Shown here piece by piece: positions 11,879-26,005 of a stretch of 64,000 nucleotides of DNA; within the stretch, counting starts at the first letter, position 1; every line of letters starts with the position of its first letter. The position numbers and the translations under genes were made by a program. This stretch comes from Vicugna vicugna (taxonomy: Eukaryota). Under the pieces are notes generated by a model. That model saw only the letters and a program-made list of their open reading frames with translations. It did not search any database and was not told the DNA's origin. The DNA lies in assembly GCA_013265495.1 (NCBI GenBank), contig MU058584.1, positions 310,001-374,000 on the forward strand, given 5' to 3'.

Positions 11879-12662
11879 AAAGAGACCATGGTGGCCACCT
11901 TGTCATTTTTCAATTGGGGAAATTGAGGCCCAGAAAACTTAAGCCATATGTCTAAGATTATACGGCTACCGTCCAAGTGGCAAAGCTGATTCCAAACTCA
12001 GATCTTATGTCTGCAAGGCCTGTATTATTTCCACTTCCACAGGCTGATAAGCATCACATGAGTGGCTGGAACAGTTGACTTTCAAGCTCCCTTTCAACTT
12101 TGAGAGACTTGTTATTTTATCCTATTGTATGTAGAAATGTATTATTCCCACAAAAACTAATATTTGAAGTATGTCATGCTACGCTCCCTGAATAAAGAAC
12201 ATTTCAAATTACAAATAATAGTTTTTAAAAAGCTGATTTTAGTCCAGTTTAATTAGAATCACTACCACTTTTGAAGAAAAATACTCAGAATTCATACACG
12301 TTGTAGTTAAACAGAACAATTTTGTATAACTGTTCATGTTTTATGGGATCAGTGGTTGTCCTTCTAATACCTGCTCCAAAAAAACACCCAGGATTCCCCG
12401 CCAGGATGGAAATATTCACCTGCAGTGACTCCACACACCTGCACCTAAAGGATCAACTCGACATTCAGCTTCCTCAAGACAGGAAATCAGCCTGAAAAAG
12501 TGAAAAAATAGATCACTGTTTTAAAATGTAAAGTGTGTGCTGTCAAAAAGTGAAATATGCATATTCAATTTTTGAAAGCTCTGTAAGATTGTATCAAGAA
12601 ACAAGAACATTTTCCTTTTAGAAAGGAAAAGATTTAATTTTTACTGATTGGTGATAGAAATA

Positions 12663-12908
12663 ATTTTTTTAATTGTAGTATAGTCAGTTATAATGCATCC
12701 ATTTCTGGTGTACAGCATAATGTCCCAGTCATGCATATATATACATATATTCATTTTCATATTCTTTTTCATTAAAGGTTATTACAAGATAGTGAATATA
12801 GTTCCCTGTGCTATATAGAAGAAATTTGTTTTTTTTAAATCTATTTTTTATATGGTGGTTATTATTTGCAAATCTCAAACTCCCAAATTTATCCCTTCCC
12901 ACCCCCTT
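12663..12908 (-). mobile_element. Young L1 3' end
   Basis: Same 3'UTR as 11461-11878 in reverse orientation. Confidence 0.9.
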
Positions 12909-12984
12909 ATAAATCATTTTAATTTCTGTCAAATGCACTAAGTTGTAGCCTATTAGCTGAAGGCTGTTTTCAGCGATGTGCCCA

Positions 12985-13150
12985 GCATCTATTTGAGAAT
13001 TCCTTGGTCGTGAAGATCAAAAATGCAGATTTCTGGTGCTATCCCAGACCACTTTTCTAGTTGGTGCCCCGGGACTTTCCACTTTAATCCACTCTCTTCC
13101 TCACTCCCAGGGTGACTCTTACATACACTAAGTTTGGATCATTGGCCTAG
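12985..13150. mobile_element. MER5-like hAT element
   Basis: aaaatgcagatttctgg...cccagacc...cccagggtgactcttacatacactaagtttg. Confidence 0.6.
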
Positions 13151-13482
13151 CAGACAGTTTAAGAATCTTAGTTTAAATACTACTAACCACACAGATTGCT
13201 TCATACTGCATTCTCTGATGATGATAATGTACTGAGCTCTACTCTAAACCCCCTGTCAACACAGCTTCCCAGACCCTACTTACAGGCCAGTCCCCACCTC
13301 GATTCTTGGATCAGTCTTGTACTTATTGAGAGAGAATTTCAGGATCCACAGTTCAGCGGTCCAGGGGTCAGCACTGAGGGTGATGATGCTGTGACATCAA
13401 TACCTATTCTGGCCCCTCTCTCTTTTCCCGCTTTTGGTGGCCTCAGGGAAGGGAGAGGGTGTATACTACAGGATCCTCCTCA

Positions 13483-13498
13483 CCTCTAGGGGGTGCTG
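13483..13498 (+). promoter_or_regulatory. Candidate CTCF site
   Basis: cctctagggggtgctg matches the CTCF core. Motif only. Confidence 0.45.
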
Positions 13499-14469
13499 CT
13501 TTTCACTAGTTAGTTGGTTCATTCCACAAAACTTCCCAAACAGCCTTCAAAATGATACTTCCCCTCCCCCATCTCCCCTAAGTCTACACAAAAGGGCTGG
13601 TTGGGCACGATGTGAGACTTGGGTAATATTTCTATCTGTGTTTCAACTGGAGAGTGAAGAATTGTTCATTTTTATCCAAAACAGACTCTTTCAGGTCTTC
13701 ACACAGGTCTTAGAGCTATCTCTAAGTTTTAACTACACTTTCCCATAGCCTAATTGCCACTCAATTTAACATAGATCATTGACAAGTCATCACCTCTAGG
13801 TTATGGCAAACCTAGTTCTCAGACCAGAAACCCTTTGATATTTAAGTCTCATGTTTTAAAGATAGATATATGGACACCAGAGGTCTCAAGTTCAGTTCTT
13901 CCTGGGCCAGTGGAAGTACCCAGAGGAGGCCAGGCCTTCTTTTTCCTCTCTAGCTGACTCTTCAGACTGCTTCTTCCTTTTGTGCCAAAGGTCCATACAG
14001 TCATCCGTCTTTCTCAACACAGAATTTCTGGTGCAGGGAGCACACTTTTAACTGTGATCTATCTTTCTGATCTGTTGTATCTAGAAGTGCGTGAAGAAAC
14101 AGATGAGATAAAAAGTCCCTTTGTCTTTCCAGCAAGCTCCCTTTCAGTCTTGAAGGGCATTTGGGTCTTTCCTCCTCTTCTCCATTTGTACCCTCTGGTT
14201 CCAGGTCCGATATGGTGGTGATCCAGACAAGCAACTGTGCAGATCTTGGGAGGGGCTACAGAGGATTCTTGGGTTTTAAATTGGTTTTTTTTTTCTACAA
14301 ACTTCCCGAGGAACAGGTTGTTGTCTAGATTTTATAGAATAAAATATTTGTAAGTCAAACAATCATTCTTCTCACTTCTCTCTCATGGCAGATCTTTAAT
14401 GCCTAATTATCCTCCAGTGTTGTTTTGGCAGGAAAGACTAACCCCCAAATCTGTGCTCCCTTCCAAGAC

Positions 14470-14853
14470 AAAGACTGATTGCTGGCAAGCAGCTGTCTCT
14501 GCCGCAGTGCATGTAGCAAGAACCATGTGACTAGGCTTCGCCAAAAGATCTTGAGCAGAAGTGATGTGTGTCACCTCTGGCTGAGCTGGTTCAGTTCCAG
14601 GGACATGGTCGATCCTCTCTCTCTTTGTCATCCAGCTGCATGCATAGAATTGGGTGGAGATGACAAGGTGGAGCCCAAGACAACAGGAGCCTGGATCCTG
14701 AGACCACTTTAGAGGACAGCTGCCCAGAAGAGCTGCTTGGCCGGGAACATCCACTTCACGTTAGTGTGAGAGAGAAATGAACTTTTATTGTGCCCTGCAT
14801 TCCTAGGATTTGGGATTGCTATAGCAGCTAGAGTCAATTACCCTGACTCATAC
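14470..14853 (+). mobile_element. Old MLT1-type LTR (start uncertain)
   Basis: MLT1-like 3' end: gtgagagagaaatgaacttttattg...ctatagcagctagagtcaattaccctgactcataca. Confidence 0.6.
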
Positions 14854-17800
14854 AACCATCTTCCTTAGGGTGAGGTATGAAGGGGAAACAGACAAAAGTG
14901 GGTGAAGGACTGGACAGCCCTGCTGGTCACATGTAGAAGAACAACACACAACTAGAAACCCAGGTGCCTAGAATGCCATACTTCACACAGGGAATCCCCA
15001 TCTTTAATCTTCATGCCTAAAAGCACAGTATTCAGTTCTAACACTCACCAAGCTGCTGTGTGCTGGCCATGCAGGAGGTTCAGAGACACATAAGTTAGAG
15101 TTCCTTGAGTCTCCGAGGCAGCACAGTGCCTGCCAAGCAGAGCACTTGATAAATGTTTGTTGAATTGGATCGTTTGAGAGTCAGCGATGAAACAAGATAC
15201 AACACAGGATAAGGGTCCAAACAGGGCTATGGGAACCAATGATAGAGCAACTAATTTTGCTTACATAGAGTCTATATCACTGGTTAGTGAAGGCCACAGT
15301 TTCTGGATATCTCTCACAGAACAAACACACGGACAGCACTGTCTCCTTATAGCTCTTGGGTCAAAATAAAGCCCACAGCTTGGGTCTCACCTCCCATCAT
15401 TGCTGTTCTGGGAACTCCCAGGACCCCTCAACTCTTCCTTTAGTGGTCCTTCCCATCCAGGTCACCCTTTGCAGGTCCCCTTTCCTCCTTCCTCCTTCCC
15501 ATCCACATCCCTGCATCATCCTCACACTTACCCTCCCAACACCTCTGCTCTAGGGAGGCCAGGGCTTCTGGCCCCCACCAGGGAGGTCCCCTTGCCTCTC
15601 TCCCTGCGGGACTGCCAGCCCCTCCAGTTCACTGAGTGCTCTGTGCCCAGAACTCTCATCTCCTCCAGCTCTTGATGAAAGGGCAGTGCTGTGGCTCCAA
15701 GTAGGACCAAGACAGAGGAAACGAGCACCTTTTTCTCCAGCTGAGAGTCACCTCACTACTTTCCTCTTCTGCACACACACTTCAAGTTCAGATTCTTTGG
15801 GGAGCAGGCACTTGGCATGGCCCTGTGGGCTCCCCTGTTCTCGTAAGAGGTCAGGTCCGGGTCTGGTCTATGCTTCTGAGAGCAGTAGGGGAAGTTTGTG
15901 TTTCAAACATATTTTGATATACTTAAACATGTTTCATGACATTTAAAATAAAGCAGTGAATCCAAAGTATTCTGCAGAATTGGGGTGGAGGCAGATTAGA
16001 GGCTTCCAGGCTTTGTCTTACCAGCAGAGCAGTCCGCACTACTCAGTTCTGCCCCTTGAGGGCACCAGAGACTGCTTTGCTGTAGAGGGACTGGCGCCTA
16101 GAGGGAAATCAGGCAGGTTCTGGGGCAGCAGTCAGTTGTGAGACCAATGAACAGAGTCAGTGTGTGGCCAGCCCTGGAAACTCCCCATGGGCATAGCCTG
16201 CAGAGTTCTGTGTGGCAGGTGGATGGCAGGTGGGCTCCTGGGAGGATGACAGGACTCAGAAGTTCTAGCTCCAGCTCTGCTATCAGCTAAATGTGGCTTT
16301 TCAAAATTCACTGAACTTCTCTGGGTTTTAGTTTTCTTCCCATGTAAAAGAATGGGGTTAAAGGAGCTGAACCAAATGGTGTCTCCAGCTTATTAACATT
16401 GCTTTAAATAATAAGGGAAATGGGAAATGATAGAACAGCATAGAGTCTTGTTTCCAGAACCTCTGAAAGTGTCCCTGTCCTGGGTATGGACCTCAGCATG
16501 ACCAGGAGCAAGACTCATGATGGCAAGATGGCTGAGAAGGGGGTGACATCAGAGCTCTGAATGACCCTGGAGGAGAATGAGGCTCATGAGATAAATTAGA
16601 GTTGGAAATCCCACAAGGTCTCCCTAATCCTAGCCAATGCTAGGAGCAGGATCTGGCGGAAGACTGGATAACCTCTTTGTAACTATCCCACACAGTCTAG
16701 CTGTTTGTGAAATAACAGCTGTGAGGGGCAGTATAATCCAGACCTACTCAGGAATATTGGGGTTCACTCACGAGCCCCCATTATACGTGGGTGGAGATCT
16801 CAATGGTATTCTGAGGCACAGCTGAGCTTTCCCTGACAATTCATTTCCACATCCAAGTTGTGCGTGATATTTTGGTTCACACCAGCTCCCTGGGGTAGGG
16901 AGATGAACAGGGTGCATGGAGCATTGTTCCTGAATAAATGAATGAAAGAGTAAATGACTGAAAGAGTGGGCACTAAGTGGAAGAGCCCGGGCGGTGAGGA
17001 TAGTGAAGGCAATTCTGATTCAGCCACAGCTCTTTAGAGTGTTAGCAACTGGCTCCTGAACAGAGAGAGCGTGATGGCCGGTCATTGGGGTCTAGCCCAC
17101 TGTCTCAAGCAATGCTTGTGTGTAGGTTAGACTCAGAGACCAGGGTGTCACGGAGGACTCTAAAGAGACCATGTGGGGAACATGGAAAGCATGGTCCCCT
17201 ACACTGTAAACGCCAGAGTTAGAGACAGAGGCAGCATGAGATGTTCTGAGTGCGGGGAAAGCAATGCTGTCATTCCACTGGGGCAGCATCAGACATTTCA
17301 CTTCTCGTCTTGCAGGGATGTCACATGGGACACGGGTCAGTGAAGCAAGACAGAAGCGTGGGGAAGAAGCTTGCTTCTTACAGAGGGGCGTCAGGGACAG
17401 GGGATCCCTGCAAGCCTTTCTGAGAGGTCACGACCCTCCTAGTTTACAGAGTCTATCACTCTCCCTGTGGAGCCATAAGAAAGGTGAAGAACTAAGTGTT
17501 TGGTGTTGACTTTGCAGAAGTGCCTCTTTCCAGAAGCTGCCTCTCAACAAGGGAGCCACAGGCAGACAGGCTTACCATGGAGTGGGGATGGGACACAAAG
17601 ACTGAAGAGAAGGAGTGCACAGAAAGGGTGGGGTAGGTGTGGAGGGCTTGCCTTAGACCTGGCTTCTGTCTATCGGATGCCTCCCTGACTGATCCTTACA
17701 TTCCTTATCTGCACCATGGAAACCATATTCACGCTTCCCTTGGAAGGTTCTCATGAAAGAATAAAAACAACAGGGCTTTGCAAATTATAATGCATGATAT

Positions 17801-18499
17801 GAAATTACACTATTTTTATAATGAAAGAAGGAGGTGGTGTGTGTGTGTATGTGTGTGTTTACCCAGAACACCAGGATTATTACCATTCCTGCTTGGTGCA
17901 TTTTTGGAGACCCCCGCAGGCTGGCCAGAACTGCTTCTATTGGCTGACTGCGAGGGGTGTCAGATTCAGTTTTTGAATGCACTTGAGAGCATTCTGTATG
18001 TGGCCCGAAACCTTGCATTGCCACCTCTTAGCTTGGTATGATCTGCAGAAATCACCTTTTGAAGTAGGTTGGGAGGGGATCTGGAAGGGGTTCCTGCAAA
18101 TTCTCTTCTAGTTCTTTACACAGGAGACCTGCTTCTATTTGGCCATGGTCGCCTCCAACTTCACTGACAGCCAGCAATGGTGACTAGAATATTGTATTGC
18201 TTTGTAGCCCACTAGGCCATGAATGCCTCCCTGCTGTGCCCCAAATCCCATATCCTGTGGTTGCAGAGCTAGGCAAGACAGACGTGCATAGGTTTAGACA
18301 CAGGGTTTAGGAAGAGAAATCCTAGGGGCCAGACAATGCGACTTATTCCTAAAACATGTCTCTGGAAGGCTATGTGGACCCTCTTGTCTCAGTGTACTGT
18401 CAGCGCCACCGTAGTGTGCAGCTGATAATAATAATGAATTAACTGAGAAATTACAATGTGCCTGAAACTCTAAGTACTTTACATATATGATCCCACTGT

Positions 18500-18980
18500 T
18501 TATTTTTTTATTGCGGGAAAACATACATAAAATGTATTATCCTAACCATTTTTAAGTGTACAATTCAATGCCATTAAGTACCTTTGCAAGGTTGTGCAAC
18601 CATCACCCTCCCACCTCCAGAACTTTTTCATCATCCCAAACAGAAATTCTGTACCCACTAAACCATTAATCCCCACATTAGCTCCCTCCTCCCAGGCCAT
18701 GGCAATCTCTATTCCACTCTCTGTCCCTATGAATTTGTCTGTTCTCGGTATCTTATATAAATGGAATCATACAACATGTGTCCTTTTGTGACTGGCTTAT
18801 TTCACTTAGCATAATTCTTTAAAGTTCATCCACATTGTAGCAAGTGTCAGAATTTCATTTCTTTTTAAAACTGAATGATATTCCATTGTATGTATATATG
18901 ACATTTTGTTTATCCATTCATCTGTTGATGGACATCTGGGTTGTTTCCAACTTTTAGCTCTTGTGATTAATACTGCTTAA
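18500..18980 (-). mobile_element. L1MB-like 3' end
   Basis: accatttttaagtgtacaattcaatg...tccttttgtgactggcttatttcacttagcat...ttatccattcatctgttgatggacat. Confidence 0.85.
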
Positions 18981-21104
18981 AACTTCTTTTAATGGAAAAT
19001 TTCAAACACATACAAAAGTAGACCCCAACAACGTAATCAACCTCTATTTACAACAATTAACTCATGGCCAATCTTGTTTCATCTATATTTGTACCTAATT
19101 CTCTGTCCCATATTATTTTGAAGAATCACAAACACCATAAATGCTATTATTGTTTCCATTTTATAGCTGGAAATGCACAGAAAGGTTAAGTATCTTACCA
19201 AGGTCACAGAGCTCACAAGTGATGGGGCCAGGATTTAAGCTCAGGCAGTGTGACAGCTGAGCCCATACACATGTCTTTGCTACAGCTGTGTGTGTGTTCA
19301 CATACATACACAAACACATCAGGTCAGCTTTGGGCAAGTTGGAAAAGTACATTTGGAAAAAATTTGCGACTTCCGACATTTTTTCCCACACTTGGATGCT
19401 GCTTGGAATTTGGAACAGATAGGCATATGTTTGAAGTCTTAGTTCTCAGTTACAAGTAGAGTTAGTGATCCCCAGCCTCCAGAATTGTCGTGAGAATTAA
19501 ATGAGATAAAGTCAGTGAAAGTGCCAGGCACCTCCTAACATGAGGCAGGAGATCATTATCTGTGTTTCCCCTCCTCGGGGGTCCAGGCCCACCTTCCCTC
19601 CACAGAAGCAACCTCAAGAAAACAGGCACTATCAGAGTATGACTCTCAGAGGTCAATATGTAAACGCTGCTGGGAGATACGTGTTGTGAAATAAAGGATT
19701 TTATCCTTTGGCCTTGTGGTGTGGGGTGTGCGTGAGTGCAAAACAGAGGTGGTGCAATTCCTTCCTGCCCTTACGTGTAAGCATGTGCTTACGCACGTGT
19801 ATGCTCAAGTGTGTAAGCTGGGTCTATCAATAAGTTCAGGCTTCATTCTCTGTCCAGAGCATTCCATTGCTTTGTTTTCTGTAAAGAATTGTGACCCTGA
19901 AACAAGCAAACACTTTTTCTATCCTTTTCCTCTTATTGGCTGAAACAGGAGGAAAAGCCCTTTGTTGGGACCCCTGTCATTTTCTGGTCCAAGAACCCAA
20001 AGCCACAGGATGGAGGTCTGAGCCAGATAGGTATTGGCAAGTCCTGCTCATCTCCTCTAAATTTCTGTGGCCAGGCCCTTTGAGTTAATTTGGGAAGAGC
20101 CTGTATAGCTCAGGGGACAACTGAGCAGAACTCACTGGCTGACCACAAAGAAGTCTCAGGTAACCTCAAAATGCATCTGCAGAGGAGGCTGGGAGGGGGA
20201 ACACTGCAGCCTCGAGTGTATTAAATGATGGTCAGCAAGAGTCTGGCTATTTCCTCTGCCTGGAATGCCCTTTTCTGATCTTGCCCAGGGAGGTAATACC
20301 ATCTTTTAATGCCAAGCTCAAATACCACCTCCTCTATGAAGCTGTCCCTACACCACCTCCCACCTCCCGCCACCACCCATCCCTGGCTGCCACACAAAGT
20401 GATTTCTCTTACTCTGAACTCTCATGGCATCACTCTTTGTACCCTTTGAGGCACTGAGGCTGTTTTATTTTTGTACTATTTGAATACCAGTCTTAACTCC
20501 TTGACAGATCAAAGTGAGTGCCTGGATAATGGAAATCATTTCATCTATTTCTTTCTACTGTTCAGAGCTCTTCACAGGGCACACAGTCAGCAACCAATAA
20601 ATATTTGTTGAATAAAGGATGTACCTTACAACAATGGCACACAGTAGGCACTCAGCAAGTGCATACTGAATCCAGTAACATCCATCTCCCACAGCTGGGA
20701 AACGTGACAGACTGTTTACCTTGCCCTTGATGTCTAGACAGAAACCAGCTCCACATAACCCTTTGAATTCTAAGATCTGTCAAAACTTCCATGGAAATAA
20801 CCATAAAAACTGCCTTGAGGTAGCATACGGGATGGTCTCAGTGTGGTTCCAAGTATTCTTACATGTTAAAATGCGCCATTTTTCCTCATCTGTTTAATAT
20901 CCCAACTGGTCTCCAGAAGAACATGAGGTGTCACAAGTAGAGTGGGTGCATGATGGTTTAGATCATCTCAACTAGAACATCTGGTTAATCAGAACTTTTC
21001 TGCTCATCAGGACAATCATCGTTGATAGCTGGATCAGTGACCCTATAGTTCCACAAGTAACCCAATACCTTATTTAAAGTTGCAATATCTTCAGAAACAT
21101 GCTT

Positions 21105-21580
21105 TTAAAAACCATTTAAGCCATTAAAAAATACACAATTCTGTGACATTAAACATATTCTCACTGTTGTACAACATCACCACTATCCATCTCCAGAAAA
21201 TTTTCATCAGTCCAAACAGAAACTCAATACCTACTGAACTATAACTTCCCATTTCCCCTGCCCTCAGCCCCGGTAGCCTCTATTGTATTTTCTATCTCCA
21301 TGACTTTGCCTGTTCTAGGCATCCCAGATAATGAAATCACATACTATTTGTCCTTTTGTGACTGGTTTAGCTCGCATTATGTACTCAGGTTTCATTCATG
21401 CTGTGGCATGCATTAGAATTTCATTCCTTTTACGGCTGATAATATTCCATTGCATACACACTGAATATGTTGTATATTCACCTGTCGATAGACATTTGAG
21501 TTGTTTTCACCTTTTGGCTATTATGAATAATGCTGCTATGAACACAGGTGTATAAATATCTGTTCAGAAATATGCTTTTA
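21105..21580 (-). mobile_element. L1MB-like 3' end
   Basis: catcaccactatccatctccagaaa...tttggctattatgaataatgctgctatgaaca. Confidence 0.85.
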
Positions 21581-24500
21581 TCATAGATTCGGTCTCCTTC
21601 GTAAACCTTATATGCATGGTAACGTCCCACTAACCAGAAAATCGGAATAATCAGAATACTCCGTTCCACCATTAGGCTTGGGAAGGACTTCTTGGAATAT
21701 GTGGTAGACGCACAGCAGGCAGTGATAGGGAATGATGCCTTGGTCTCACGTATGGACACCGGCCACAGAGAGGCAGGTGACGGGGTCACAGTAGCACATT
21801 AGTAATGTGCCTGGCACATTAGTCTGGACAATCAGACTTGCACTGAAATTCCACCCCATCTGCAACCCTCACCCCAACCCTGTCCCTGTTCTAGCTGTTA
21901 GATTGGGCTGCTTTTCCCGAAAGGTATGAACTTGAGGAACATTTGTTCTGAATTAAGCTTGGCTGCAGTCAAAGTGTTATCATGTATATGAAGCTCAAAT
22001 TACAGAGGCTGCCTTTGGCCAGTGAATGGCACAGCACGGCTGCTCAGAGAGGTGGAAAATTCTGAGGCCCCTCCAACACTGTTTCGGGAAAAATGCTCTG
22101 AGTGGTGTGGAGAGGGGCCAGCTGGTGATGTCAAGGGATTTATAAAAGAGATTACAAGACCTTTTAAGGGAATGAGGCAGTTGCTAATGATGGAAAACTG
22201 CTAAAGCTGGATCTGGATAAGGCCTGAACATTTAATTTGCTAGTTATCTGAAATTTTTAAAAAACATACTGAGCCACTCCCTTTGTGTGTAGTTCAAAAG
22301 ACAGCAGTAGAGTGTGGAAAGAAGAACCTGTTATGCTAATCAAAGTCTGGGGTACCTGAAACTGAGCCTGCACACGTAAAGCCCCAAGTGGGCCATCCAG
22401 GGCTTGGGAGGAAAATTAAATGCCCAGATGCACCTGTGTGCACTGCACATCTGTATTTTTCTTTCTGTCTTTCTTCCTTATTTATTTACTTATTTTTTTT
22501 ATGCACATTAGTGGGGGTCTGGAGGAAGCTTTACTTTTTAAGCAGCTACAAAGCTGCTTAAAAGCTTGACACCTCGAAAGAGAGATCTGAATATAAAATA
22601 TTTACTTAGATTGCATTTCCAAGTGTTTCCGTAGTCTTTTCACAGCCCTTGTATCATCTTAAGAATGTGGCTTTTATAAAGAGGGACCCAGATCATTCAC
22701 AGTGACAGGATAGATTTAGTTGAGCAGAAAAGCTCCAACTTTAACAGCTGGGCTTACTTGGTGTTTTAAATAGATAACTAATGAAAGTCATCCCAGATTT
22801 AGGAACAGAGATCTAAGTTTGGAGGGGTAAAAGTGAAGGTCCTAAAATCAGTTTTCAGTGGAGTAGCTGAAGAAAATTCTCTTTGCCATCGTGGAGCACT
22901 AAAACAAACCAATGAACAAACGAATAAACAAACCAAACAAAACTAATAGCCCATATAAATAATCCTCAAACTGTCAGCCAATGAGAAGGCCCAAAGCTAA
23001 AGTGGAACAGAAGCAAGAATCAGAAATTAGCATCCCTGAGCGGGCAACGTGGAGACACTTTGGGACCCACGATCCTGAGGCGTAATAGGTTGCAGCTTTA
23101 TCCACTTTCATCATCCTTTTTTGTGGGTACGGGAGACCAGTGCAAGGACAACCCTCCAGTCTTGTAATATGGAAAATCCAATCATCTGCTTTAGTGCCAT
23201 TTTTCAATTGTAGCTTAAATAAAAGGGTCAGGAAACATATGTTGTTTTCTTTTCTTTTCTGGGGGTGGGGAGGAGGGTAATCTTTCTGAATTAGCACCCT
23301 GGGTCATATCACAGTTCAAACATTTCCCATGGAGTGCAGTCATCTCAGCCCCATGTTGAAGGCCTCCCTTCTCGGCCTCCAGATCTATTAGTCTTATCAC
23401 CTCTGTGCTCCAGTAGGAACTCTCCATCCTATAAGCTTATCTCCTCACTGTCCCCAGAAGACACTTTGCAGATTAAAGTCTCTACAGACCCTGTTTCCAT
23501 GTTTTCTGCTCTCCTCCTGCTCTGTTCTTTATATTAAACCGTTTCCTTTTTTCAGGCCAGACTCAAGCCTCACATCCTTCTTAAAGTCTTTCCTGACCAT
23601 GCTGGGCCCAGTGATTTTTCTCCTTCTTTTCCCTCCTGTGACACTTAGAAATGATGCCTCTCCTTTTATACTTTGATCATACTTAGATTACCTTCTGCAC
23701 TGAAAAGTGCCTGTCGCATTAGGGGTGAATCTATTTCTCTCATAACCCCTGCTACCTGTGGGAAACTATTACAGCAGGAATATTTGTTAAATATGATTTT
23801 ATTGCTCTTGGCCAAAAGCTGCTGAATCAATAAATATTTTTCACCCAAAATATTAAGCAGGGCCAAGAAACATAGCTTATTAACTTTAACTTGGAAAAGA
23901 ATCTTTTGAATTAGAAGCAAGGAATGGCTATACCATCCAAGAGAGATTCTTAGAAGAATTTACATGAAAAAGGGAAACCCAATCTTCTTACTACAACCAA
24001 AAATTCTTCAGACCTTGCTCCTTTCTCTAGATCTCTGAATTCCCCACAAGTGCTTCAGGTGAAAGAAGGTTGTTAGGTAGCCTGCAGGCCCTCTGAAAAC
24101 AGCAATAACCTTCGATACTATTTGTTTCGTGCCTTTCTGGTCCAGGGATGGGTGGGGAAAGTGCTAAAGAAGGCAGGAGCTCCAGCCACCTTCTTCCCAC
24201 TCAACCTGCCTTCCCTCTTCCTCTCATTTTGCCTGCACTGGAGAGCTGTTGAGGAAAGCTTGGAACCCAAAAGACATTCCTGTCTGGAAGTCAATTAGAA
24301 AGAGTAGTGAATTTATAAAAATACAACATGCATAATGTTGTAGAAAGAAAGACTTAATTTTAAAACAGAATTAAATGACTCAGGAAATGCAGCTTGCCCT
24401 TGTAGAGGGGTTTAAGTGGGGGGAGTCAGTTTCAATTATGGGGAAAACATATGTAGGCCAGCATCAGAATATGGGATACCTTCTGGAATATTTTTTATGG

Positions 24501-25804
24501 GGCAAACATTCCAAATTATTGCTTACATAATAAAAGATCATAATAAACCAAATTTGAATTAGAGACCATTGGTGATAGAGGATGCTTTTTTGAGGGGGTT
24601 GCAATCACTTAACATCTTTACTGTCACCTTTTAAAACGGGCTAATGAAATCTATATGCCTAGGGAGACAGTGTCAGGTAAAAATGGTGCCATGAAAAATA
24701 ATATGAGCTTTTTGGAACTAAGTGTTAGCTAATGGAAAGAAATCATTACATGTAGTTAATATTTAACGTTATTATTTATACAAAGATTTTGTGAGTTCTG
24801 TGTGTGTATCTGAGCAGTTTTGAGAAAACTGACATATTCTTCAATCTTTGTTGGTTATACTCATGAAAGGATTCCTAGGGCTTATTGCTCTATGACCTAC
24901 AGAAGATAATTCTCTCTCTCAGCCTCAGCGTCCTCATCTGTAAAATGGGGATACTCACTTCAAATGGTCAAATGAAACAATGCACAGGAAGTGCTTAGCA
25001 TGGCAAAGCAGGTATTTTATGATCAAAAGCAAATTAATTTTCTCAGTTCCAAATATGTGCTAAAAATAAAGTTTGCCTTCAATTTATTTTTAACCCATAT
25101 TCATGTGATAAAAAGATTACTGAATTAGGAGCTCTAGTCTATAGTGATTATAGTCTATAGTGACTAGGCAAATTACTTAACCTCTCTGGGTTTCTATTTC
25201 TTTGTCTTTATTTAAGGAGCTGAATTAGAGGATCTCTGGGTAATTTCCGGTTCTAAAGTTCTGTGTTAGGATTTTTTTTCCACTTCATTTTAAAACAAAG
25301 TTTTAATAAAATTTAACATAGGAAGTATTGTATGGTTTAACAATTTATTTTAATTAAATGCACTTCAGATTAAAAGTGTAGTATGCAATGTTTAAAGTAC
25401 AGAAGGATATGGAAATTGATACACGTACCTGTCATTCACCTTAAGAAATGAAACTTAAAAAAATACATTTGGAAATGCTGTGGGTGAAATTCAACTATAT
25501 TTAAAGGTGCAAAAACAAGATTGAAATCACTACTAAAAAAAAAAAGGAAATTACTTTGGATGGCCATTGTTTCTGGAAGAAGGGTGTTTTTATGCCTGTG
25601 TGGCTCTAACATTAAATTAGGTGGAGGCCAATGCAGAGGACAGACCTCTCCTTTTTGGAACAATTCATTCAACTGAAATGGAAAACATATAGCTTAGCAA
25701 CAAAATACACCTAAATAAAACATGGCGCCTGAATTTGATATGCAAGTCATTTGCAATAAGAAGCCTTTCATGGCAATCCAGGCCAATGGAAACACTTCTT
25801 GACA

Positions 25805-26005
25805 AAGAATTGGATTCAAATTCTGGCTTCTCTCCTTTCTAAGTATGTGACCTTGGGTAAGTTATATAACCCTCTATGCCTCAGTTTCTTTGTAAAATGA
25901 GGCTAAACTTACGGTTGTTGTGAATATTACATGAGATAATACAGGTAAGGCTCTAAGAACAATGCCTGATACAAAGAGAAAGCTCAATGAATATTAGCTA
26001 TTATT
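25805..26005 (+). mobile_element. MIR SINE
   Basis: tgtgaccttgggtaagttatataaccctctatgcctcagtttc...agaacaatgcctgatac...ctcaatgaatattagctattatt. Confidence 0.85.

Noticed and set aside
12390..12556. Cluster of NF-kB-, ETS- and IRF-like motifs
   Set aside because: The matches are short and imperfect in A-rich DNA, as expected by chance.
15320..15345. REST/NRSE site
   Set aside because: Only the right half (cggacagcac) is present; there is no ttcagcacc half.
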